Of a stretch of 32,000 bases of DNA, positions 8,796-18,352 are shown in pieces (the first letter of the stretch is position 1; the number at the start of each line of letters is the position of its first letter). The DNA comes from Synechocystis sp. PCC 6803 substr. PCC-P (GTDB lineage: Bacteria; Cyanobacteriota; Cyanobacteriia; Cyanobacteriales; Microcystaceae): assembly GCF_000284455.1 (NCBI RefSeq), contig NC_017039.1, positions 2,970,001-3,002,000 on the forward strand, read 5' to 3'. A program made the translations under genes and the position numbers. The notes below the pieces were generated by a model. The model was not told the DNA's origin, ran no database searches, and saw only the letters and a program-made list of their open reading frames with translations.

Positions 8796-8836
8796 ATTTC
8801 TTTAATTGTTAGAGGTTAATTTGATATTTTAAGTCG

Positions 8837-10057
8837 TTAAATTGCGATATTTTGCCAATATTGCCAGGCAGCATAGCTGAGGGTGACAACCCCCGTTAAA
8901 ATTGCTGCTTCATCGGCTTCAAAGCGAGGATGGTGCAAAGGATGATTCATCTGGCGATCGCCAAAACCAGTACCTAAACGAAACATAGCTCCAGGGGCGT
9001 GTTCTAGGTATAGAGCAAAATCTTCTGCCCCTAGGGATGGTTCAGGAATAATTTGCAGGGCTGATTCTCCCCAGGCTTCCCGCACTGCATTTTCTAACAA
9101 CTTATTTAACTGGGCATCGTTCTGTACCGAAGGTACTCCCCGACGGTAATTGACTTCATATTTCGCCCCATAGGTTTGGCAAACGTTGGCCACAATCCCC
9201 TCAATCCATTGGGGCAGTTGGGCATGGGTTTCGGGATGGAGAGATCGCACTGTGCCGGCCATGCGGACTTGGTCGGCAATCACGTTGGGAGCCCGGCCAC
9301 CGCTAATTTGCCCCAGGGAAAGCACCATGGGCCGGAGGGGATTTTGGGTGCGACTGATGGCTTGTTGCAAAGCAGTAATTACTTGGGCCGCAATCCAAAT
9401 GGCGTCGATCGCTTCGTGGGGCCTAGCACCATGCCCCGATTCCCCTTGGATAAAAATTTCCAGATCATCCGCCGCCGCTGTCAACGCACCGTAACGAATG
9501 CCCACCTGCTGGGCCGGAATAGAAGGAAAAACATGAACGCCTAAAATATGGCTGACCCCCTTCATGGCCCCATCTTGGATCATCCAACTGGCCCCCTGGG
9601 CAATTTCCTCCGCTGGTTGAAATAAAAAGCGCACATCCCCCGGTAACCTATGCCCCATTTGGGACAACACCATGGCCGTACCCAAACCCAAAGTGGTGTG
9701 GATATCGTGGCCACAGGCGTGCATCACCCCCGGATGGCGGGAAGCAAAGGGCAAACTCACCATTTCTTCGATGGGTAACGCATCCATATCGGTACGGATG
9801 GCCAACAGCCGCGGATCGTCTCCTTTGCCGGACAACTGCCCCACCACCCCCGTTTTCCCGATCGCCTCTTCGACATGGAGGCCACAGGAGGACAACACCC
9901 CCGCCACATAGGCCGCCGTTTGATATTCTTGGCCGCTCAACTCGGGATGGGCATGGAGATGGCGACGGATTTCCACCAGCCGGGGCAATAGGGTTTGGGC
10001 TAAATTTTTTAGCTCCACCAGGGCAGCATCGGTGTGTTGGGAAGCAGAGGATAGCAA
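8837..10057 (-). CDS. M20D-family amidohydrolase (N-acyl-L-amino acid amidohydrolase / hippurate hydrolase-like, 406 aa)
   Basis: LHAHPELSGQEYQTAAYV near the N-terminus, then MHACGHD and FQPAEE metal-ligand motifs typical of M20D peptidases. Confidence 0.9.
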   Translation of the reverse strand: MLSSASQHTDAALVELKNLAQTLLPRLVEIRRHLHAHPELSGQEYQTAAYVAGVLSSCGLHVEEAIGKTGVVGQLSGKGDDPRLLAIRTDMDALPIEEMVSLPFASRHPGVMHACGHDIHTTLGLGTAMVLSQMGHRLPGDVRFLFQPAEEIAQGASWMIQDGAMKGVSHILGVHVFPSIPAQQVGIRYGALTAAADDLEIFIQGESGHGARPHEAIDAIWIAAQVITALQQAISRTQNPLRPMVLSLGQISGGRAPNVIADQVRMAGTVRSLHPETHAQLPQWIEGIVANVCQTYGAKYEVNYRRGVPSVQNDAQLNKLLENAVREAWGESALQIIPEPSLGAEDFALYLEHAPGAMFRLGTGFGDRQMNHPLHHPRFEADEAAILTGVVTLSYAAWQYWQNIAI

Positions 10058-10116
10058 AGTGGCAAAGGGAAAATGTTAGTGGTGCTTTTTAGTGTAGAAC
10101 ACGGCATTGGGGGAAG

Positions 10117-11394
10117 TTAACCAAGGTCGTCGTTTCCCATGGAGTTCCTCCCCGCAGTGAGTAAATAAATCGGATTGAGGGGATCAAAGCGGGTCAGTTC
10201 GGCAAATTTAACGCTCTGGCTAATTTGCACCTGTTGCACTTTCACCTGCCATTGTTGTTGTTTAAACCAGCCCAGGGCTAAGCTCAAATGCTCCAAACTG
10301 GCGATCGCCATCACCACCAAACCATTTATCGCTAAACGTTCCCCGCAAGTCTGCAAAATAGAGGTTAATTGCCCACCGTTACCACCAATGAAAACTCGGT
10401 TAGGAGTAGGTAAATTGGCTAAAACTTCCGGGGCAGAGCCGGCCACTACCTCGACGTTTTGCAGTTGAAATCGTTGGCAATTTTGTTCGATTAACCGTTG
10501 ACCAGCGCTAGTTTTTTCAATGGCAAAAACTTTTCCCTGGGGACACAACCGGGCACCCTCGATCGCCACTGACCCGGTACCGGCCCCAATGTCCCAAATA
10601 ATTTGTCGGGGTTGCAAGGATAAAGCGGCTAAAATTTGCACCCGGATAGGCTGTTTGGTAATCATGCCAGGGCGATCGTCAAAGCTAGCAAAGTGATGAT
10701 CGGCGATGCCCAAAATGGGTAACTGATCCAGATCAATTAGGGGATTTTCTGGCTTTTGTTTAACTAGCACCACTACATTGAGGGGGGAAAAATCCGTTGC
10801 GGTTAGGGATGCTAAAGATGGCAAATCAAAGGCTTGAATCTGTTCATTTGTTGCCGCTAAGTTTTCACAAACCCAAGCTTGGTAAGTGGTGGTCAACCCC
10901 AAAGATAAACATAAATTGGCGATCGCCCCTGGATGATTTTGCCCATCGGTGAGAATGGCTAATTTTTTTGCTCCTTTTTGCAGGGCTTGTATGAGCAACT
11001 CGTTGGATCTTCCGTGGGCACTGATGATGGTGGCATCCTGCCAGGGCATTTTTAAACGATTAAAGGCTAGCTGAATGGAACTCAAATGGGGATGAAATTT
11101 TAATTGTTCCGGGGAAAATTTTTCCAGTAATAACCGTCCCAAGCCAAAGTACAGGGGATCACCGGAAGCTAAAACAACAATAGTTTCGTGTGACTTTAAA
11201 GTCTGATGAAACTGCTTGATTTTCTTTAAATCTGCTGAAAAATCCTTGATGACTAAACTTTTTTTGCCGTACTGCGGGAAGTAACTCAAATGGCGATCGC
11301 CGCCGGCCAATATTTTTGCTTGGGCAATTAATTCTAGTGTTGAACTAGTTAACCCTTCGGCACCATTCAGGCCAATGCCCACCACATGGATCAT
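10117..11394 (-). CDS. cobL: Precorrin-6Y C5,15-methyltransferase (decarboxylating), CbiE/CbiT fusion (425 aa)
   Basis: The N-terminal tetrapyrrole methylase fold starts MIHVVGIGLNG, with ...LASGDPLYFG. The C-terminal SAM methyltransferase has the motif IWDIGAGTGSVAIE. Confidence 0.9.
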   Translation of the reverse strand: MIHVVGIGLNGAEGLTSSTLELIAQAKILAGGDRHLSYFPQYGKKSLVIKDFSADLKKIKQFHQTLKSHETIVVLASGDPLYFGLGRLLLEKFSPEQLKFHPHLSSIQLAFNRLKMPWQDATIISAHGRSNELLIQALQKGAKKLAILTDGQNHPGAIANLCLSLGLTTTYQAWVCENLAATNEQIQAFDLPSLASLTATDFSPLNVVVLVKQKPENPLIDLDQLPILGIADHHFASFDDRPGMITKQPIRVQILAALSLQPRQIIWDIGAGTGSVAIEGARLCPQGKVFAIEKTSAGQRLIEQNCQRFQLQNVEVVAGSAPEVLANLPTPNRVFIGGNGGQLTSILQTCGERLAINGLVVMAIASLEHLSLALGWFKQQQWQVKVQQVQISQSVKFAELTRFDPLNPIYLLTAGRNSMGNDDLG

Positions 11395-11484
11395 TTAATT
11401 AAATTTCCTCACTAAAAATCGGCCAAGCTTAAATTTTAGAAGGCATTGTAAGTAAATCTCTTCCAAACAAAATAACAATTATTT

Positions 11485-11512
11485 CCCCCCTTTCAAAGGG
11501 GGATGAGGGGGG
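11485..11512 (-). terminator. Candidate intrinsic terminator downstream of rlmN
   Basis: On the minus strand, 11 nt after the rlmN stop, the sequence reads CCCCCC-TCAT-CCCCC-TTTGAAA-GGGGGG followed by an A/U-rich tract (AAATAATTGTTATTTTGTTT). The hairpin has a 5-6 bp G:C stem. Confidence 0.4.
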
Positions 11513-11522
11513 ATAAAACTAA

Positions 11523-12587
11523 TCACGCCATAGGGGTTAATTCCGCTAATTCTTCCTTGCGGGAAGCCCGTAACTGACCACAGGCCGCATCCGCTTGCAC
11601 TCCCCGGGAATAGCGCACACTGACCGCAATGCGATGGTCACTCAAAACCTGGGCAAACTGATTGATTTGGGCTTCCGTAGGACGCTGATAATCCACCTCG
11701 GAAATGGGATTGTAGGGAATTAAATTGACATGGGTTTGGAAACCCCGCAACTTTTGGGCCAATTCTTCCGCATGGACTGGTTGGTCATTGACTCCCGCCA
11801 GCAGCACATACTCAAACGTCACCCGTCGCCCCGTAGTTTCCACATAGGCTCGACAGTCCGCCAACAATTGCTCCAGGGGATAGTGCCGGGCACTGGGAAT
11901 TAACGATTGTCGCAAAGTTTGATTGGGAGCATGGAGACTAACCGCAAAAGTAACCTGCAAATGGCGATCGGCTAGTTGGCGAATTTTCCCCGGCAACCCC
12001 ACTGTGGAAATGGTCAACGCCCGCTGGCCAATGCCCACCACTTGATTAAGACATTCCACCGCCTTCACCACCTGGGGCAAATTTAACAGCGGTTCCCCCA
12101 TGCCCATGAAAACCACATTGCTCACCCGTTCATGGAATTCCTCCTGTACGGTCAGCACTTGGTCAACAATTTCATGACTTTCTAAATTGCGGATGAACCC
12201 TCCTTTGCCCGTGGCGCAGAAATTGCAATCCATGGCACAGCCAACCTGGGAGGAAACGCACACCGTTAAACGCTTACTGCTGGGAATGCCCACCGTTTCA
12301 ATAATCAACCCATCTGCCAAACGAAGCAGGTATTTCCTTGTGTGATCCGGGGCCACCGCACAGTGGTCAATGACCGATCGCCCGATGGGGTAATGGACAT
12401 TTTTTTCCCGCCATACCTTCGGCAAATCTGTCATGGCAGTCAGGGAACGGGCCCCTTTTTGATACAACCATTGGTGAATTTGCTTACCCCGATAGGCCGG
12501 TTGGCCAGTGGTTTGCACCCAGTCAGTTAATTCCGGCAGGGAAAGGGATAGTAGAGGAGCGGGGGAAGGGGCCATGGCGATAAGCAA
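11523..12587 (-). CDS. rlmN: 23S rRNA/tRNA adenine-C2 methyltransferase RlmN (radical SAM, 354 aa)
   Basis: Radical SAM cluster motif [12 protein letters not shown], plus MGMGEPLLN and a C-terminal DAACGQL with the conserved Cys. Length and order of motifs are typical of RlmN. Confidence 0.92.
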   Translation of the reverse strand: MLIAMAPSPAPLLSLSLPELTDWVQTTGQPAYRGKQIHQWLYQKGARSLTAMTDLPKVWREKNVHYPIGRSVIDHCAVAPDHTRKYLLRLADGLIIETVGIPSSKRLTVCVSSQVGCAMDCNFCATGKGGFIRNLESHEIVDQVLTVQEEFHERVSNVVFMGMGEPLLNLPQVVKAVECLNQVVGIGQRALTISTVGLPGKIRQLADRHLQVTFAVSLHAPNQTLRQSLIPSARHYPLEQLLADCRAYVETTGRRVTFEYVLLAGVNDQPVHAEELAQKLRGFQTHVNLIPYNPISEVDYQRPTEAQINQFAQVLSDHRIAVSVRYSRGVQADAACGQLRASRKEELAELTPMA

Positions 12588-12701
12588 AAAGAAGCATCCA
12601 TGGCCAGTGTAAGTCAGATTTCCCGGCCACTACAAAAAAATCCTGGCCAAATTGTTGACATAAAAATCTTTCTTTGGCATATTGATAAAAGTCTGAAATT
12701 T

Positions 12702-12773
12702 GCGGGTATAGCTCAGTGGTAGAGCGCAACCTTGCCAAGGTTGATGTCGCGCGTTCGAATCGCGTTACCCGCT
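12702..12773 (+). tRNA. tRNA-Gly (anticodon GCC)
   Basis: Cloverleaf read by hand. Acceptor stem is GCGGGTA/TACCCGC, D-arm contains AGCTCAGTGGTAGAGC, and the anticodon stem CAACC/GGTTG carries loop TTGCCAA, giving anticodon GCC. The T-arm is GCGCG-TTCGAAT-CGCGT. The discriminator is T and no CCA is encoded. Confidence 0.93.
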
Positions 12774-12812
12774 TATTAAAAATTTTCCCCAATCTGCGGA
12801 GCAAAGTGAATC

Positions 12813-14069
12813 ATGGCAATGGTTAGTTTTGCCTGGCAGTTTCTCAAGCAGAAAGTGTTTTTTTGGTTGCACAAAAGTCAGGAGAGTGACCATTCTCCCG
12901 AGACCTTGGCGCCATTGCCAGACACCTTGGAAGCAAAACTTCTCCAATCCATTAACTCCCTCGTTACCCCCACCGCCTACATCAAGGCCATTCATTCCGC
13001 CCTAGAAGATAGCCTCCAGGCCTGGCAAAAAAACCTAGAAGCCCCCAATAGCCTGGTGATTCTGGCCAATCCCGTCGAGCCGATCGCCAAAATTTTGCAG
13101 GATAGCTTAAACAGTTGGGATAATGACCTGGAGGTAAAGGTGGTGACCCCCCTGGGGGATTTTCGTCGCCCTTCTGATCCTTTGACCATAACAGCCCAAT
13201 TGCGCCATGCCCTAGAAGCCCAGGGAGGCATTGAGTTTGACGGCCAGGGAGTGGACTTAATCCAGGATGTGGAATGTTTGGAACAGCGCACCACAGTGGT
13301 GGTGATTCCTTCCTTAGAACAATGCTTTCTGCGTTGTATCAGCGGTTGGGACGGCATTGGTTTTTTGCGGGAAATTACTGTGCAGAATCCTCAATACTTC
13401 TGGTTGATTGGTTGTAATTCCTGGGCCTGGGACTTTTTGGATTTTGTCAGCCAAATTAGCGCTTATTTTGATGACGTGCGTCCTCTGCCAACCTTAACGG
13501 GGGAAATGCTCCGCAGTTGGTTAATCCCCCTCACAGGGCAATGGGGCACTATTAAGCCAGAAGGCGATCTTGCCAACTTAATTAGTGTTAATTCATCTAA
13601 TTCATCTTCATCAGATGCCCAGGCAGAGGTCGAACTTTATTGGCAAAACCTTGCGAACTGCTCCCAGGGGATCGGTTCCATTGCGGCTAAGCTTTGGTTA
13701 CGGAGTCTGCGGATCAAAAAGCAAGTGATGGAAAGGGAAAACCCAGCTCAATCGGTGCTCAATACCAAAGAAAATGAGGACCAAATCTGCCCCTTGTTCC
13801 AGGTCAATCCCGCCCAGCCGAGCTTACCGTCCTTCACCAACCTAGATTTGTATTTGCTCCACTCCTTGATGATCCACGGCCGCATTAGTCCAGCGCACTT
13901 GGCCCTGAGCTTAGGGGAACCGGAAAGTCAAATCCAAGCTAGGGTACAGCGGCTCCTACGGGAAGATATTTTGGTACGTCGTTGGGGGGATTTAATTATT
14001 TGCCCCACCTACTATCAACAACTGCAAAGTGAATTGGCCAATAATAATTTCTTTGTGGGGGGAAGATGA
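12813..14069 (+). CDS. Hypothetical protein with C-terminal winged-helix-like segment (418 aa)
   Basis: Long ORF. The C-terminal LYLLHSLMIHGRISPAHLALSLGEPESQIQARVQRLLREDILVRR looks like a MarR/wHTH recognition unit. Its stop overlaps the start of the next gene (ATGA at 14066-14069). Confidence 0.6.
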   Translation: MAMVSFAWQFLKQKVFFWLHKSQESDHSPETLAPLPDTLEAKLLQSINSLVTPTAYIKAIHSALEDSLQAWQKNLEAPNSLVILANPVEPIAKILQDSLNSWDNDLEVKVVTPLGDFRRPSDPLTITAQLRHALEAQGGIEFDGQGVDLIQDVECLEQRTTVVVIPSLEQCFLRCISGWDGIGFLREITVQNPQYFWLIGCNSWAWDFLDFVSQISAYFDDVRPLPTLTGEMLRSWLIPLTGQWGTIKPEGDLANLISVNSSNSSSSDAQAEVELYWQNLANCSQGIGSIAAKLWLRSLRIKKQVMERENPAQSVLNTKENEDQICPLFQVNPAQPSLPSFTNLDLYLLHSLMIHGRISPAHLALSLGEPESQIQARVQRLLREDILVRRWGDLIICPTYYQQLQSELANNNFFVGGR

Positions 14070-15022
14070 TGTTAGATACCACATTTTTGTCAGATTTTTT
14101 TACTCTGAATAGAAATACTTTTGCCCATTATTTGCCGGTAATCCATTTAACTAATGCGGGGGAATTTGGGCTTCAGCATTTGTCCTCCCTGCCCTTGGCT
14201 CAGTTGACCCCCCCGGATCAAATTCCCAAAAGTTTGCTGACGGATTTGACTATCCGAAAAATTATTCGGGCCGTAATTGCTGTGGCGATCGCCTATGGGT
14301 TGATGGCGGTAATTCAAAAGGTCACTAACTGGATTTCGGAGCGGGTACCCCGGCGGTTTCGGCTGTTGGTCAAACAATCTTTACCGTTTTGCAAAGCATT
14401 AATTTTACTATTTACCATTTCCTATTTATTAAACCTATTTTTTAATTTATCGGAAGGTAATTTATTGGCTTTGACTGGTACCATTGCGGTGGCCCTAGGT
14501 TTTGCGTTTAAAGATTACATTAGCTCCATTATTGCCGGGGTGGTGGCCCTGTTTGAAGCGCCCTATCGGGTAGGAGATCGGATTCAAATTGGAGATCATT
14601 ACGGTGAAGTGACGGGCTATGGACTGCGGGGTATTTGCCTCCAAACTCCGGACGATAATAATGTCACCATTCCCCATAACAAAACCTGGACAGAACCGAT
14701 TTCCAATGCCAATGGCGGTAATTTAGAAGCCCAGGTGGCCACCAGCTTTTACTTCGATCACAGCGTTGATGTGGAACAGGTTATCCGTATTTTGTACCAG
14801 GCCGCCTACAGCAGTCGCTACACCCAACTCAGCATTCCCATTGTGGTGGTGATGAAGGAACACATCTGGGGCACCGAATTTAAGCTCCGTTCCTATCCCA
14901 TGGACGCCCGAGATGAATTTGCCTACCAAACGGATTTAATCCGTCGGGCTAAACGAGCCTTTGGCCAACAGGGTTTGCCCTATCCCAGACTAAAACTGGG
15001 GCGGGATGAGTCAGACACCTGA
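14066..15022 (+). CDS. Small-conductance mechanosensitive channel (MscS family, 318 aa)
   Basis: Three hydrophobic helices are followed by the MscS beta-domain signature FEAPYRVGDRIQIGDHYGEVTGYGLRGICLQTPDDNNVTIPHNK. Confidence 0.85.
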   Translation: MMLDTTFLSDFFTLNRNTFAHYLPVIHLTNAGEFGLQHLSSLPLAQLTPPDQIPKSLLTDLTIRKIIRAVIAVAIAYGLMAVIQKVTNWISERVPRRFRLLVKQSLPFCKALILLFTISYLLNLFFNLSEGNLLALTGTIAVALGFAFKDYISSIIAGVVALFEAPYRVGDRIQIGDHYGEVTGYGLRGICLQTPDDNNVTIPHNKTWTEPISNANGGNLEAQVATSFYFDHSVDVEQVIRILYQAAYSSRYTQLSIPIVVVMKEHIWGTEFKLRSYPMDARDEFAYQTDLIRRAKRAFGQQGLPYPRLKLGRDESDT

Positions 15023-15090
15023 GTGGGTGGGCTTTTTCAGATCGGATTGTAAGCTTTAGTGACACTAAGCAAAAATACTCGGTTGTAAAA

Positions 15091-16437
15091 TTAGCGTTGG
15101 TCGAAATTTAGTTGCTTGAGCAGAAATGGCCAAGCGGCCTGGTTACGGCCCGGTTCCCTGGCACTGACCTCAAAGGTTTTGCCCCCAGCTTCCGCCCATT
15201 GCAAACTGTCCACACATAACTTGGCGATCGCCCAGCGACTAACTTGGCCCCGCAGATTATCCCCCTGGGCAAATTGCATCATTTCTGGATTTTCTGACTC
15301 CGTTAAAGCACAGGGCCGAACGATGGTGTAGGTCAAACCACTGCCCCGGATGGCATCTTCCCCCCGTAATTTCCAAGTCAAAATGCCTCCCAATTGGTCA
15401 TTGAGACGCACCGCCGGTGGTTCTTCGTCCAAATTCAACCCTGGGCGATCGGGACGGGTTACTCCAGCCGAACTGACGTGGATGAACTGGGGCGTGAGGG
15501 GATTGGCATAGGTTTTGATGGACTCAATTTCCAGACCAAATATACCCGGGGAAAAGCTGGGATTTAGCCCACCGTCGTACTCAAATTTGCTATGCATCAA
15601 CTGGAAGGCGGACACCTGGGCAGAATTGAATGGGCCCTTTTCTGGCACGGTTTTCGCCCGAAAGACGGGAATTAATTGTTGGAAGGGAATACAAACTGTT
15701 TGGGGACGATTGTTGAAAGTATCGAAGGAGTAACAGTAGCTCAGCCCATCCCAGTCGTTTTGGCTACGGATAATGAATTTGTAGCGCTTGCCGTCCCCTT
15801 GGATGCGGAGTTGAATGCCCTCAGCGTAGGAAAGATCCAACGCCGGTTCAAAATTTGGCGATCGCACCGAGGCAAAGCCCCCATTATTAGCGGTGGAAAC
15901 TTCTCCGGTGAATAAAGCCCGATCGCCGGTCAGTTGCCATTGGCTAGCGCTGACACCCCCCATCACCCCATCGTCAACGGAATACCAAGCTAAACGGGGA
16001 GAATCAGTCTGACGAAAGTCGATCAGGGTGTTTTCCTTGGGCTGAATATGTTCTTTGACCACCGCCAGCAGGTTTTTGATGCCTTCATACTCCACTTGCT
16101 CCGGTACGTCCACCACTTCCGGCAGGTAAAACTTGAGCCCTTGGTAATACTTTTCCCGTTGGGGCGTATCCCCTTCCACTGGTTGAACTTTGGTGCCACT
16201 ACAACAAATCACCGCCGTTACCCTGGCCATCAATGCTGGAGTTAAACTTTCTCGAATAGTTAAATCACCGCCAAAAAATTCCAGGCGATCGGGTAGCCTA
16301 CCCCCAAACCAAGCTTGAAAAAGTTTTTTGGCCCTGGGCACATCCCGCACCAACACCCGCACCTCTTGGCCTCCGTCAATGAGCAATTTAACTACCCTTT
16401 TGCCCACGCCGCCGGTGGCGCCCACAACTAAAATCAC
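15091..16437 (-). CDS. NAD(P)-binding Rossmann (NmrA/SDR-like) protein with inserted CIA30 (complex I intermediate-associated 30)-like domain (448 aa)
   Basis: Starts with MILVVGATGGVGKRVV (a GxxGxxG dinucleotide fold). The central WYSVDDGVMGGVS...FTGEVSTANNGGFASV matches the CIA30 pattern, and the Rossmann fold resumes at the C-terminus. Confidence 0.8.
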   Translation of the reverse strand: MILVVGATGGVGKRVVKLLIDGGQEVRVLVRDVPRAKKLFQAWFGGRLPDRLEFFGGDLTIRESLTPALMARVTAVICCSGTKVQPVEGDTPQREKYYQGLKFYLPEVVDVPEQVEYEGIKNLLAVVKEHIQPKENTLIDFRQTDSPRLAWYSVDDGVMGGVSASQWQLTGDRALFTGEVSTANNGGFASVRSPNFEPALDLSYAEGIQLRIQGDGKRYKFIIRSQNDWDGLSYCYSFDTFNNRPQTVCIPFQQLIPVFRAKTVPEKGPFNSAQVSAFQLMHSKFEYDGGLNPSFSPGIFGLEIESIKTYANPLTPQFIHVSSAGVTRPDRPGLNLDEEPPAVRLNDQLGGILTWKLRGEDAIRGSGLTYTIVRPCALTESENPEMMQFAQGDNLRGQVSRWAIAKLCVDSLQWAEAGGKTFEVSAREPGRNQAAWPFLLKQLNFDQR

Positions 16438-16634
16438 AGTATTTTTCCCTTGGTTGACAGCACTGTTTCTAATCTAATCTTCCTAGGGTCTTTGCGCTAG
16501 GCAACCCAGTTTAGCTAGCAGTACGGTGGGAATTTCCTCAGGCCGTGGCCAAAGATTTTCAGAAAGAGCATTTAAGTATTGAAGTTTATTAGGACTATTT
16601 GTTAAGCCTAATGGCGCCTAAAATTTTTAGTTAA

Positions 16635-18341
16635 CTACCTTTTTTGCACCAGTCGGTCTAACTTTTCTTGCACGGCCAACTTGATCAAAGACCGCAGTAA
16701 AAAGAGGCCAAATAGTCCCGCTAAGCCGAAACCCACCACAGCAAAACGAGCATAGACCGTGGATAGCAAGACCGTTGCTGATAGTAAAGTAAAGCCCGTT
16801 AAACAGGCAAAAATGAGACTTTTTAGGGCCAAGTGGATTTTCCGCAACAGGCGATCGCCTTCCGGGGAGCGGGTGGCAAACTGGAGCTCGCCCCGTTCTA
16901 ATTTGGCGGCCAATTCCTGGAGAAATTGTTGGTTACGGGATGGTCTGTTCAATTGGTCGAGGGCAAATTGTTTAACCTGTTGCAGCAGCGCCATGGCTAG
17001 GGAACGTTTAGGTTGGGCAACGGTGATGCTTTGGATGAAGGGCTGACTGGCGGCGATTAAATTATAGCGGGGGTCCAAGGCCCGGGCGATGCCATCCAGA
17101 GTAGAAATGGATTTTAAAATAAAGGTCATTTGGGGCGGTAGGCGGAAGGGTTGTTGTTGGAACATGGCATAGACCTCTTCCCCCACTTGGTCAAAGGCTT
17201 TAATATCAATCGGTTTATCGCGAAAGTTATCCAGCAAAAAATTAATAATTCTTTTGATGGGACTTAGATCTCCTTTCGGTTCCACTAGGCCCATATAAAT
17301 TAAAGCCTCTAACACCTGGTTGGTGTCCTTTCTCAGTACAGCAAAAAAAGTTTGTACCATTTGATCTTTGGCAATGATTTTCACCTCCGCCATGGTGCCA
17401 AAATCATAAAAAATCAAGTCCCCCTGGCTATCCACCGCCATATTGCCTGGATGGGGATCGGACTGGAAAAAACCATCAACTAGTAACTGTTTTAAATAGG
17501 CGCAAATACCGGTTTGAATCACCAAATCTAAATTAATGCCAGCGGTTTCCAAGGCTTGGCGATCGTCCACTTTAATGCCCGGTAAATATTCCAGTGTTAA
17601 AACCATGCGGGTGGTGTATTGCCAATAAATTTCTGGCACCCTAACCCTGGGATAATCAGCAAAGTTTTGACGGAATCTTTCTGCATTTTTGCCTTCGTGA
17701 ATGTAATCAATTTCCAAAAAAAGCAGGGAGAAAAATTCTTGATAAATGGCTTCAATTTCATATTTTTGGGCCAGTCGACGGAATCCGGGTAACCATCGTT
17801 TGGCTAACCGCAATGTTTGATGTAAAAGCTCAAAATCTAGATTTAATAAACTATCCAATCCTGGTCTTTGTACTTTCACCACCACCGCTTCCCCCGTGGG
17901 CAACACCGCCCGATGCACCTGGCCTAAACTGGCCGATGCCAGGGGAGTAACTTCAAATTGTTGAAAAATCTCATCGATCGCCCCGTGCAATTCCTGTTCG
18001 ATAACGGCGATCGCCTGACGGGAATCAAAGGGAGGGACCCGGTCCTGGAGTTGGGTAAAAGCTTCGATATATTCCGCCGGAATGATATCTGCCCTGGTGG
18101 AAAGGGACTGACCGATCTTGATAAAAGTAGGGCCCAAATAGAGTAACTGTTGCACCAACCATTGGGCTCGACGATAGCGCCGTTGGGCAGAGCGGGGGGC
18201 CGTGAGCCGGTCCCACGACAAAAAGAACACAAATAACAGAAAAACCCTAGTGACCGCCAGTTGTCTGCGCCACGGCCTACGGGACAAACCCGACCAACTG
18301 AGGGGTCGATCCGCCATCGGTTGCGAAATGAGCATCATCAA
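16635..18341 (-). CDS. ABC1/UbiB-family atypical protein kinase (568 aa)
   Basis: ABC1 signature FIKIGQSLSTRADIIPAEYIEAFTQLQDRVPPF, followed by ASLGQVHRA, a kinase-like core (FFQSDPHPGNM, IFYDFG) and C-terminal TM helices. Confidence 0.9.
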   Translation of the reverse strand: MMMLISQPMADRPLSWSGLSRRPWRRQLAVTRVFLLFVFFLSWDRLTAPRSAQRRYRRAQWLVQQLLYLGPTFIKIGQSLSTRADIIPAEYIEAFTQLQDRVPPFDSRQAIAVIEQELHGAIDEIFQQFEVTPLASASLGQVHRAVLPTGEAVVVKVQRPGLDSLLNLDFELLHQTLRLAKRWLPGFRRLAQKYEIEAIYQEFFSLLFLEIDYIHEGKNAERFRQNFADYPRVRVPEIYWQYTTRMVLTLEYLPGIKVDDRQALETAGINLDLVIQTGICAYLKQLLVDGFFQSDPHPGNMAVDSQGDLIFYDFGTMAEVKIIAKDQMVQTFFAVLRKDTNQVLEALIYMGLVEPKGDLSPIKRIINFLLDNFRDKPIDIKAFDQVGEEVYAMFQQQPFRLPPQMTFILKSISTLDGIARALDPRYNLIAASQPFIQSITVAQPKRSLAMALLQQVKQFALDQLNRPSRNQQFLQELAAKLERGELQFATRSPEGDRLLRKIHLALKSLIFACLTGFTLLSATVLLSTVYARFAVVGFGLAGLFGLFLLRSLIKLAVQEKLDRLVQKR

Positions 18342-18352
18342 CGGAGGAAAAA

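Noticed and set aside
15023-15090. An imperfect palindrome GCTTTAGTGACACTAAGC between the convergent MscS-like and CIA30-fusion genes, considered as a bidirectional terminator.
   Set aside because: The stem is short and bulged, the loop is too small for a stable hairpin, and there is no flanking T or A tract.
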